Of a DNA stretch of 64,000 nucleotides, positions 13,906 through 24,614 are shown one piece after another. The translations under genes and the position numbers were made by a program. The stretch is from Mobula hypostoma (lineage: Eukaryota): the NCBI RefSeq assembly GCF_963921235.1, contig NC_086108.1, positions 60,080,001 to 60,144,000 on the forward strand. The letters run 5' to 3'. The notes under the pieces were generated by a model. It did not search any database and was not told where the DNA came from. It saw only the letters and a list, made by a program, of their open reading frames with translations. Each line of letters begins with the position of its first letter. The first letter of the stretch is position 1.

Positions 13906-15046
13906 AGCAAAAGATTATATAAAAAGCTGTGTTGTGAGAAGACTGAATGGGAGCTTCACGACTGATTGCAGGCTACTCCTTCCAAGGTCTAGAGAGCGTG
14001 CAGATTTCAGTATGTGATGTGTTCCTCAGTAGTGATGGGCAGCACCTATTACTGGAGACATTGTTATAAATGGCAAGCAGGGGGATGGAAGGCCAATTGT
14101 GGAAGCCTATCTGCAAAGAGATACAAGAGACAGATCTGGAGCAAAAGTCAAGGTGCTGGAGGAACTTAGCAGGTCTTCAACATCTGAGAGAGCAAAGAGA
14201 TAGACAGCCTTTTGGCTCAAGATTCTGCATCAGAAAATTCGACTAACCTTTTGCTATCACAGGTACTGTCCAACCCACCAAGTTCCTCTAGCAACTTGTT
14301 TTTATGCCGCATCTGAAAAGAGTCTAACCCACAAAATACTCCAACGTTCCACATTCTATGTGGATCTGTCTGATCCAGGCTGCTGTGCTGTGACTGAGAT
14401 ATGTAAAATGCTGTGGGAAGGCACCCACACTTTTGTGCTCTCTCTCTCTGCAGGAGTTACGGTCATGCTGTTTCTCAGCGTTTTTTTAAATCATAAAATC
14501 TTTTCACACAGCCACCCCAGATTTATGCCACACTTCACTATATGCTGCAGGTGACACCCTGGAGTTTGGAATTTGCTAGCATGGCTGCCTTTCCACAGTG
14601 CAGGCAGACAATACCTGTTCTCATATGCCCAAAAGGACTCCTACTATCAATCCAGACCTTTTCCTTCATAGAAAGGATTTCCAGTTCCAAAGTCTACAGT
14701 AGTTGTAGATCACCAGATGTTCCTGATGGTGAAAGCCATTTTCCCAGGATTCACATAAGGCATATTGATTCTTGGGAATATATTTCTCTTCATCATCATT
14801 TGCTGTCAATCTTGGAACTTCCTACCTGGTAGTTCAGAAAGGCAGCACACTAAGAGTAAATCTGGAATTGCTCTGGCCTCTTACAAGAGCTATTTGGGAT
14901 GGACAATAACCACTAGCCGTCTCTGCAACAACCCAGCAGCCAAACTGTGTGTTGCAGGTACAGCAAGAATGTGCCTATCAGATCCTGATGGGTGTGACAT
15001 CAAGATTTACACAGATCTCATTTTACAACTTAATTCTGAGTGAAAT

Positions 15047-15560
15047 CTCAGTGGTCACACTATCGGGCACCTCCTGTACCTAATAAACTAGCCACCGTGT
15101 TGTCTTCTGATACCGTAGCCAACCCACTTCAAGGTTTGACGTGTTGTGCGGTCAGAGATGCTCTTCCGCACACCACTGTTGCAACATGTGGTTATTTAAG
15201 TTACTGTCGCCTTCCTGTCAGCTTGAACCAGTCTGGCCCTTCTCCTCTGAGCTGTCACTAACAAGGCGTTTTCACCCACAGAACCCACTCACTGGATCCT
15301 TTGCTGTTCTTATACCATTCTCTATCAACTCTGGCGACTGAAAATCCCAAGTGATGAGCACCTTCTGAGATACTCACACCAACCCACCTGACACCAGCAA
15401 TCATTCCACAGTCAAAGTCGCTTAGGCAACATTTCTTCTCCATCCTGATGTTTGGTCTGAATAACAATTGAACCCCTTGACCATGTCTGTATTCTCTTAA
15501 GCATTGAGTTGCCGCCACATGATTGACAGATTAGATCCTTACATTAACGAGCCGATGTAC
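15047..15560 (-). mobile_element. Tc1/mariner non-autonomous DNA transposon relic
   Basis: ORF 15258-15518 contains MEKKCCLSDFDCGMIAGVR..GVSISEGAHHLGFS, matching the Tc1 transposase N-terminal HTH; degraded terminal sequence cagtggtcac...tgtacctaataaa. Confidence 0.8.
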
Positions 15561-17067
15561 AGGTGTATTGACACAGTGGCCATTAACGAGCCGGTGTATT
15601 AACACAGTGGCCACTAATGAGTCGGTATACAGGTGTATTAACACGGTGGCCATTAACGCGCCAGTGTATTAACACAGTGGCCATTAACGAGCTGGTGTAT
15701 TAACACAGTGGCCACTAATGAGTCGGTGTACAGGTGTATTAACACGGTGGCCATTAACGAGCCAGTGTATTAACACAGTGGCCATTAGCGAGCTAGTGTA
15801 TTAACACAGTGGCCACTAATGAGTCGGTGTACAGGTGTATTAAGACGGTGGCCATTAACGCGCCAGTGTATTAACACAGTGGCCATTAGCAAGCTGGTGT
15901 ATTAACACAGTGGCCACTAACGAGTCGGTGTACAGGTGTATTAACACGGTGGCCATTAACGAGCCAGTGTATTGACACAGTGGCCATTAACGAGCTGGTG
16001 TATTAACACAGTGGCCACTAATGAGTCGGTGTACAGGTGTATTAACACGGTGGCCATTAACGCGCCAGTGTATTAACACAGTGGCCATTAGCGAGCTGGT
16101 GTATTAACACAGTGGCCACTAATGAGTCGGTGTACAGGTGTATTAAGACGGTGGCCATTAACGCGCCAGTGTATTAACACAGTGGCCATTAGCAAGCTGG
16201 TGTATTAACACAGTGGCCACTAACGAGTCGGTGTACAGGTGTATTAACACGGTGGCCATTAACGAGCCAGTGTATTGACACAGTGGCCATTAACGAGCTG
16301 GTGTATTAACACAGTGGCCACTAATGAGTCGGTGTACAGGTGTATTAACACGGTGGCCATTAACGCGCCAGTGTATTAACACAGTGGCCATTAGCGAGCT
16401 GGTGTATTAACACAGTGGCCACTAATGAGTCGGTGTACAGGTGTATTAAGACGGTGGCCATTAACGCGCCAGTGTATTAACACAGTGGCCATTAACGAGC
16501 TGGTGTATTAACACAGTGGCCACTAATGAGTCGGTGTACAGGTGTATTAACACGGTGGCCATTAACGAGCCAGTGTATTAACACAGTGGCCATTAGCGAG
16601 CTAGTGTATTAACACAGTGGCCACTAATGAGTCGGTGTACAGGTGTATTAAGACGGTGGCCATTAACGCGCCAGTGTATTAACACAGTGGCCATTAACGA
16701 GCTGGTGTATTAACACAGTGGCCACTAACGAGTCGGTGTACAGGTGTATTAACACGGTGGCCATTAACGAGCCAGTGTATTGACACAGTGGCCATTAACG
16801 AGCTGGTGTATTAACACAGTGGCCACTAATGAGTCGGTGTACAGGTGTATTAACACGGTGGCCATTAACGAGCCAGTGTATTAACACAGTGGCCATTAGC
16901 AAGCTGGTGTATTAACACAGTGGCCACTAATGAGTCGGTGTACAGGTGTATTAACACGGTGGCCATTAACGCGCCAGTGTATTAACACAGTGGCCATTAG
17001 CGAGCTGGTGTGTTAACACAGTGGCCACTAATGAGTCGGTGTACAGGTGTATTAACACGGTGGCCAC
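15543..17067. repeat. Satellite with 101-bp higher-order unit (31+31+39 bp), about 15 copies
   Basis: agtcggtg recurs at 15721, 15822 and 15923 (period 101); core subunit gccattaacgagccagtgtattaacacagtg. Confidence 0.95.
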
Positions 17068-18124
17068 GGAATGTATGCTTGTATGCTTCCAGGAACCTTT
17101 GTTGAGAACAGGTACCGGTCGACCCGTAATACATTGCTGTTTCTTATTCTAATTCTGGCATATAAATTTTGTTTTTGTTTCTTACACACAGACCTCAGAT
17201 TTTAGATGGCCTTTTCTTACTAATCTTCTTATTTCCTACACAGAGAGGTGACAGAAATACTGATTTCCAGAGCACTGAAAGGAAGACAGTGCTGTTATAA
17301 TACTGACCTGTGGTAACATAAGTATGTTACTAACAAGACACCTGCTGATTGAGAATAGTCTTTTTTGTCCTTGATGCGTAAGAAGATAGCCGGCAATAGA
17401 TCAAAGCCTGGAAATTCAAACAACCCCAAAAAGGAGCACAAAGGGAGCAACCTTGAGCATGGATGGAGGGGCTGAAACACACCTGATACCAGATCTTGTC
17501 TCATTAAAATCCAACCGGCAAGATGAAGCAGTCTAATAACTATCCCAAGGCAGTGCTTCAGAGAAGATGACTTGCAGATTGAGTTGCTTCTTTGCTGGCA
17601 ATGACTCCCTTATAAGACCTTAGAGGAGACTGTCACAGTGGGATGTCTATCAACATAGGAATTGTGGTGTGAGGACAAATGATAGAGGAATAGTGTTGTC
17701 AGTCAGGAGACAGAGTTCTGATGCCTGGGAGCTGGAGGGCAGCTAACGTCAGAATCTGAGAAGAAGGTGAAGTTAACGATCGGAAGTGTAATGCTGAACT
17801 CTGGCAATCACATACATGGGTCACGCTGTCAAGTTAAACCTCCAAGACCATAAATGCATATATCTGCACAATCGTATAGACGACTTTGGTATTTTAATCT
17901 GAATGGTTGTTTTAAACTACTGGTGGGAAATGAGAGTGGTTAATAAGTTGTCTTTGACATTGCACGTAGATAGTGAGAGTGAAGTGAATTCTAGATATTT
18001 CAGCACAAGAGCCACACGTATCAGGTGATGTGCGCAATAGTGCATGATGATGTATGCATTTATTGTATTTCTTCGTACAACCCATAGTTAATCAATTAAA
18101 TGAATAAGAGAACTTAATCAACAA

Positions 18125-19240
18125 TTCAGATTTCTGGATCATTGGGACCTCTTTTGGGGCAGATGTGACCTGTACAAAAAGGACAGGTTACACTTGAATC
18201 CCAGGGGGACCAATATCCTGGTGGGGAGGTTTGTTAAGGCTATCGGGGAAAGTTTAAACTAGAATTGCGGGTGGGTGGGAACCGAACTAAAGCGACGAAG
18301 GAAGAGGCGGTTGGCTCATAAATAGAGAAAGCTTGGAGACAGTGCAAGAGGGAGGATAGGCAGGTGATAGAGAAGGGACGTGCTCAGACCGATGGTTTGA
18401 GATGTGTCTATTTTAATGCAATGAGTATTATGAACAAAGTGGATGAGGTTAGAGTGTGGATCAGTACTTGGAGCTATGATGTTGTGGCCATCGCAGAGAC
18501 TTGGATGGCTCAGGGGCAGGAATGGTTATTTCGATTGCCAGGCTTCAGATATTTCAGAAAGGGCAGGGATGGAGGCCAAAGAGGTGGGGGCATGGCACTG
18601 TCGATCAGAGATAGTGTCACGGCTGCAGAAAAGGAGGAAGTCATGGAGGCATTGTCTACAGAGTCTCTGTAGATGGAAGTTAGGAATAGGAAGGGGTCAA
18701 TAATTCTACTGGGTGTTTTTTATAGACCATCCAATAGTAGCAGGGATATCAAGGAGCAAATAGGGAGACAGAATCTGGAAAGGTGTAATAACCACAGGGT
18801 TGTTGTGGTGGGAGACTTTAATTTCCCAAATATTGATCGGCATCTCCCTAGAGCGAGGGGTTTAGATGGGGTGGAGTTTGTTAGGTGTGTTCAGGAAGGT
18901 TTCTTGACACAGAATGTAAATAAGTCTACAAGAGGAGAGGCTGTACTTGATCGGGTATTGGGAAATGAACCTGGTCAGGTGTCAAATCTCTCAGTGAGAG
19001 AGCATTTTGGAGATAGTGATCACAATTCTATCTCCTTTACCATTGCATTGGAAATATAAATTGGAAACCGATGTTCTCAGGAAAAAGTATGGGAGAAATG
19101 TGGCAAATGTTCAGGGGATATTTGCATGGAGTTCTACACAGGTACATTCCAATGAGACAGGGAAAGGATGGTAAGGTACAGGATGGTAATGGCAGAGCAG
19201 ACACAAATAGCCTAATTCTGTTCCTATATCTTATTGTCTA
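18125..19240 (+). mobile_element. CR1 LINE fragment (end of ORF1 and ORF2 endonuclease), internally deleted and joined to the 3' tail
   Basis: CVYFNA, DVVAIAETW, GVFYRP, VVVGDFNFP and SDHN APE-endonuclease motifs; 3' UTR at 19190-19240. Confidence 0.9.
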
Positions 19241-19954
19241 AGTTCCATTTGAGGATTTCCTGAGAGTGTGAAACAACAGTTATGATAATGCTGTAGCAAT
19301 AGTAGAAGCTCTTTAAGTTTTACTTCGGTGCAGGACTGCTAGACTAAGTCAAGTTATAGCTGAGTAGTTAAAAATGGGAAATCCTGTTAGGATATGCAGA
19401 GTTATAATAGAGAATTCTGATAGCCAACCCTTGACATTTTAACATGGTGAATGTTTAACTCTAAAAGACTGTGCAACACAATCAATTCTTTTGCTATAGA
19501 GCTGCCAGGTAATGTAGCTCCTTCTGTCGGGAAGCAGTATCTACTGGCAACACAAACGGGAGAACTTTTTAATCGTCCGGTATGTTTTTGAATGAAATAT
19601 TAAACCAAACATGTTTTACTGTTTAAGTATGTGTAAAGAGGGAGTGGTGGCTAAACCTTAAAGATACAGGCTGTTGGAAGCTCAGTGCCACACAGAGAAA
19701 AAAGCATCGCACAAAACAGCCATCGAGTCTGTTACGGTTTATTAAGATAACAGAATCCTATTAATGCAGGCTTTTTTCCACCATCAGCCATCACATTCTA
19801 AAAGATCATTCCAGACATTTTTAAAATGTATTTAGAGTTCAAAGAATGCATATTTTACCCAAGATTTTCAGTTACATTGAAGTCAATTTGGTTGTCATAT
19901 TTCAGAGCTTTGATATATCATTAGTAAATAGGGATTTTCAAACAATAGAGGTGA

Positions 19955-20532
19955 AGAGGGACTTTGTGCAAGACTCCCAGAAGGTTAATTTACAGGTTGA
20001 GTCTGTGGTAAAGAAGGTAATTGCAATGTTGGCATTTACTTCAAGGGGAATTGAATATAAAAACAAGGAGGTAATGCTGAGCCTTTATAAGACACTAGTC
20101 AGGCCACACTTGAGTATTGTCAACAGTTTTGTGCCCCGTATCTCAGAAAGGATGTGTTGTCATTGGAGAGAGTCCAGAGGAGGTTCACAAGGATGATTCC
20201 GGGAATGAAGGGGTTAACATATAAGGAGCATTTTGTAGTTTTGGGCCTGTACACACTGGAATTTAGAAGAATGCAGGGGGTGGGGGATATCATTGAAACT
20301 GACCAAATGTTGAAAGCACTAGATAAGGTGGATGTGGAGAGGATGATTCCTGTAATGGGGCTATCCAGAACTAGAGGGCACAGCCTCAAAATTGAGGGGC
20401 AACCCTTGGGAACAAAGGTAAGGAGAATTTTTTTAGCCAGAGAGTAGTAAGTCTGTGGAATGCTCTGCCACAGACTCTAGTGGAGGCCAAGTCCATGGGT
20501 ATACTTAAGGCGATCATTTCCTGATCGGTCAG
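19955..20532 (+). mobile_element. CR1 LINE 3' portion, split by the LTR element (continues 23489-23630)
   Basis: LYKTLVRPHL, ERVQRRFTRMIPG and RTRGHSLKI motifs; sequence resumes as gtcag-ggcatcaaaggatatgg after the insertion. Confidence 0.9.
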
Positions 20533-20931
20533 TGTTATGTTACTTCTGTTTAAACGTACTGTGGGTTAACAGTAAAGAATTATATTCTGGAAGAATTAGA
20601 GGACTTTTATTTACAGTAATAAACAAACACGTCTTAACCCAGCTACGTGCTGGAACATTCCGGCAATCCCCCACACGCTCAGTGCTCTGTCCAATCATGT
20701 ACTGGCACATCATTGCACGTGATATCACCACATCTTCCTTTCCTTAAAAAGAAAAACAATTAACAACGTTAGTCAAAACACATCTATATCAGATAACTGA
20801 AACTCTGAAGTTGGCTCTTTCTTCAATCATTTGTGATTCTTTCTTAACACCACTCCCTCCTCTGTTTGGACCATGTATGATCTGGTCTGTGTCCATGTGT
20901 TCCTTTTATCTTGTATCCTCACTTTGTCTCC

Positions 20932-20976
20932 TTGTCCTTCAGACAAACATCTCCTTAGATCAGTCAATTCACGTTC
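20932..20976 (-). pseudogene. RABEP1: Second RABEP1 segment, resuming after the CIN85 insert
   Basis: ERELTDLRRCLSEGQ vs recalled human EREIADLRRRLSEGQ, which lies only a few residues after the first segment in the native protein. Confidence 0.8.
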
Positions 20977-21115
20977 CACTTCCATTTGTAATGAAATATG
21001 AATCTTCTTTTCATAAATCTAATTCATTCATTATTTGTGTAATCTCTTTCTTATGCTGAGACTTCACGATTTCAATAATACTTCTCAATTCCTTCACCTG
21101 TGCTTTCACTTCTTC
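20977..21115 (-). pseudogene. SH3KBP1: Captured fragment of CIN85 C-terminal coiled coil (1-nt frameshift near 21015)
   Basis: EEVKAQVKELRSIIEIVKSQHKKEITQIMNELD/YEKKIHISLQMEV vs recalled human [46 protein letters not shown]; the paralog CD2AP is less likely but not excluded. Confidence 0.85.
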
Positions 21116-21121
21116 CTTATG

Positions 21122-21379
21122 CTGTGAGTGTTCTTGCTCTAGACAGTGATGAAACTGAATCTCATATTCTCTCAGTGTCTCTTTCATTATCGCTTGCATT
21201 GAAGCAACCTCCTCCTGCCATTGCTTCTTCACATCATCAGTTGCCTCCTGTTTGGTCGTCTCAGACACTGCAACTACTGCTTTTATATTCTCCATGTCAG
21301 CATTTGCCTCCATGAGCTGGACCTGCAGTCGAGTTACATCACCTTCTGCCGACTGTAATGCAACATTCTGTCGCTTCAG
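21122..21379 (-). pseudogene. RABEP1: Captured fragment of Rabaptin-5 N-terminal coiled coil, in frame with the retroelement protease end
   Basis: LKRQNVALQSAEGDVTRLQVQLMEANADMENIKAVVAVSETTKQEATDDVKKQWQEEVASMQAIMKETLREYEIQFHHCLEQE aligns without gaps to recalled human LKRQNAVLQAAQDDLGHLRTQLWEAQAEMENIKAIATVSENTKQEAIDEVKRQWREEVASLQAVMKETVRDYEHQFHLRLEQE. Confidence 0.92.
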
Positions 21380-21742
21380 CTCTGTGTCACTATCCAAGAC
21401 AAAAATTCTTTTCACCAAATTAAGTCTTTCACAGGCAGATAAACCCAGAATTGACTGTACATTTTTGGCACGACCACAAATGAAAGCGTATGAACAATAT
21501 TTTTGTATGATACCTTTGCCACGCATGTTCCTTTAACTGGAATGTCTGCACCTGAGTACCAGTCACTATTATATTTGTCTGATGTAACTTCAGTCTTGAT
21601 TTTAAAGCATTAAACTCAGATTCTGCAAGAACATTTACTTGCGCTCCAATATCAAGTTTAAACAGAATATTGTTTTGATTCACTTGCAATGGAATAGTCC
21701 AGTCATTCTCTCTTTGTATATCTTCACAAAGCACATCTATAT

Positions 21743-22414
21743 GGGAGGAGAAGATGGCGGCGCGACGCAGCTCGCCATGGGCACTCCGGTGGTGATGTCT
21801 GTTATTTGTCAGGTAGGGGTGCTGTGCACAATCCTGATTTGATGGAGACAGATGTGAGAGCACGGAGGAACATCTGGTGAAACTTCTGAAATGCCTGCTT
21901 CGCTGCTGCTGCTACTGTGTGATCCAGAATCTCCGGAGGAGAAGGCCCCGAGTCCTCGACCTTGCCTGTTGCTTGGCGGCCAGGGCTGGGGTCGAAGCGC
22001 TCGGCAGAGGATGGTGCTCGGAGAGGCTGTGTCGGAGGGGCTGGTCAGAGGCTCAAAGTTTTCGGACGGACTCAGAGTCCGCTGCGGTCGGGTGCTTCCA
22101 ATGGTGCTGCATCGGTAAGTTTGCAGCGCTTGGAGGTTCATGGCAGGGAGAGTTTCTTCCTTCTGCCGCCTGCATGAGATGATGAGTCTATCGAGACTTT
22201 GAGACTTTTTTTGCTGTGCCCATGGTCTGCTTTTTATCAAATTATGGTATTGCTTTGCACTGTTGTAACTATATGTTATAATCATGCAGTTTTGTAAGTT
22301 TTAGTCTTGGTTTGTCCCATGTTTTTCTTGTGATATCATTCTGGAGGAACGTTGTATCATTTTTTAATGCATGCATTTCTAAATGACAATTAACAAGGAC
22401 TGAGTATCCTCATA
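21743..22414 (+). mobile_element. Non-autonomous LINE-derived element nested in the Gypsy gag-protease junction
   Basis: 8-bp TSD ATCTATAT (21735-21742, 22415-22422); removing it restores EEFYID-VLCEDIQ; CpG-rich 5' end GGGAGGAGAAGATGGCGGCG; AT-rich LINE-like 3' tail. Confidence 0.85.
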
Positions 22415-23488
22415 ATCTATATAAAATTCCTCACGTTCATCTTCAAGCACAGTATTTACTTGTTTCATTTTATTTTCCTTCTTTCTACTTTTACAACAGT
22501 GTGATCTTACCGCAGCCATTGCAAATTTTGCCATATGCAGGACGCTGATTTGTATAATGTTCCCGCGCATAGCGATCACATGACTTTTTTCTTTCCAATG
22601 GCATCTTGCTCTCTGTCAGTTTCGTCAAAGTATTATTATATTTCTTGATGTATTCGTGCTTTTTTACAGCATTTATATTGCAGTTTTTGACAAAAAGCTC
22701 TTCAGCCTGCAATGTCACGGTCTCAGAAGCTTTGCAAAGCACCAAAGCGTTTTCAAAATTTAAACCTTGCTCTCTCAACATCCTTTCTCTCAGAACGTTA
22801 TCTCAAATGCCACAAACAAGTCTATCTTTAATGAGAGAGTCTGTGAGCAATCCAAACTCACATGTTCTACTACGCTTTCTTAACTCAGTAACATACTGAT
22901 CAATTGTTTCAGCGGCTCTCTGTGCACATGTGAAGAACTCATATCGCTCATACGTTAAATTATGCTTAAGTATACAAAATACTTCAAATCTGTCCTTTAT
23001 TGACTTTAAATTGAAATTATCTCCATCTTCAAAGACAAAATTATTATATACCTCTACTGCGTCATTCCCGATTACATGGAGCAAAAACGCAGCTTTGATT
23101 TTTTCCGATTTTCCTTCATAATTGATCACTGATAAGTACAGTTCAAACTGTTGCTTGAATATCCTCCAATTCTCAGCTCCATTGTCAGTCAGCTGAAGTT
23201 TTGGTGGGGGTTGTAAACCTTCCATTTTACCGTTTACAGTTTGAACTTTTCTCTCTTTTTCTCGATTATCTTTGATTCTCGATTCTCGATTCTCCCGTAT
23301 TATTCTTCCAGAACCACTTCTAACACCATGTTATGTTACTTCTGTTTAAACGTACCGTGGGTTAACAGTAAAGAATAATATTCTGGAAGAATTAGAGAAC
23401 CTAGAACACTGAGCATGTGCAATCCCGCACATGCTCAGTGCTCTGTCCAACCATGTACTGGCACATCATTGCACGTGATATCACCACA

Positions 23489-23630
23489 GTCAGGGCATCA
23501 AAGGATATGGTGAGAAGGCAGGTGTACGGGGTTGAGTGGGATCCGGGATCAGCCATGATGGAATGGTGGAGCAGACTCGATGGTCTGAATGGCCTAAATC
23601 TGCTCCTTTGTTTTATGGTTTTATGGTCTG
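23489..23630 (+). mobile_element. CR1 3' UTR (continuation of 19955-20532)
   Basis: ggatatggtgagaaggcagg...gaatggcctaa...ttatggtct tail. Confidence 0.85.
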
Positions 23631-23787
23631 ATGGATTCAACAGTGATAGTAAGAAATTCATCTACCGCAACTAAAAACTCAACAGTCAAATAGAGAGACA
23701 CACAAATGTGGAAGTAATAGTCCAGATATCCATAAATGAGACCAGGAAGTTTCAGGCTTATCCTGAGCCTGGTCTGATTTAGATATC

Positions 23788-24142
23788 GCTTTCCAATATT
23801 TTTTATTATTAAATTTGCATATAAGAATACAGAGTACAAGAAAAATATATATATCAATACATTATACTAAGTCGCATATAAAGTCTCCTTACCCTGTATT
23901 CATACAGATTAATTAATTCGTAACATTGAAATATAGTAATTTTATTATATTAAAAAAATTTAACCCACAACCAAGACCGAAGCTGATTAGTAAAGAAGAA
24001 AAGGGAAAAAATTGTTAGTCATTATCTGTGCTTTAACAGCAAATCAAAGGTTTTGAAAATATTTCCAAAAAGGTCCCTACAATATTTGAAAGTCTTGGCT
24101 AGATTCAGAGATTGAATATCAAATCTTCTCGAAATTTAGATC
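23788..24142 (-). mobile_element. 5'-truncated L1-clade LINE 3' end
   Basis: 15-bp TSD TCTGATTTAGATATC (23773-23787, 24143-24157); minus-strand peptide EKI...SQDFQIL.GPF.KYF resembles an L1 ORF2 C-terminus; A-rich 3' end. Confidence 0.7.
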
Positions 24143-24614
24143 TCTGATTTAGATATCTCAATCTGGTTTTAATCAATGCTTCTTCCTCTCAGCTTGCTTT
24201 TCTTACCAATACACTAACATTTAAAGCATTGTTGTACTGTTCAGTCTGGACAGTAGATTTGCCTGTTGGAGTACCGTATCTGCTATCTTTCCCCCTTCTC
24301 CTGGGTTTGTACACCTCTGGGTCTCAACTGCTGTCCTCTATTCCACACTCCTGTGTTTCTAATACTCCAAATGGTGCAATGAGAATAAGATCAAGGGAGA
24401 ATGTAGCCTCATAACCACTCAAATCCTCTACCTGGAAATCCCTAAACCTTTGGACTCTGAACCAAGATGTGGCTATGGATTGAAATATGATGTGGGGAGA
24501 GGAAAGGGAAAAGATTGCTGAGTCCAAGCTCAACTTCCTGTCTTTGCTTGGAGCTGAAGCATTCTTCCACTGTTTACCATATTCTGTTTATCATCTTCCT
24601 TGTCATCATGTCTT

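Larger units (their letters stand above)
20533..23488 (-). mobile_element. Non-autonomous Gypsy LTR retrotransposon carrying captured RABEP1 and SH3KBP1 coding fragments
   Basis: LTRs 20533-20732 and 23329-23488 (TG...CA); TSD GTCAG (20528-20532, 23489-23493); PBS TGGTGTTAGAAGTGG (23314-23328, tRNA-Leu-like); PPT AAGGAAAGGAAGA next to 20733. Gag from 23225 (NWRIFKQQF, LIKDRLVCGI), protease (FKLDIGAQVNVL) and an integrase C-terminal remnant at ~20830-20931. Confidence 0.95.

Noticed and set aside
15543..17067. CRISPR-like array
   Set aside because: Pure tandem higher-order repeat with no unique spacers.
17215..17312. Possible second exon (branch-like tactaat, pyrimidine tract and cag acceptor, frame-compatible with the 4372 exon)
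   Set aside because: Weak donor (gtaaca) and an unrecognised peptide; such signals occur by chance.
21011..21526. Exon of the genuine RABEP1 locus
   Set aside because: It lies between two LTRs, is fused to retroelement protease sequence and to a different gene's fragment, and no other RABEP1 exons were seen in the window.
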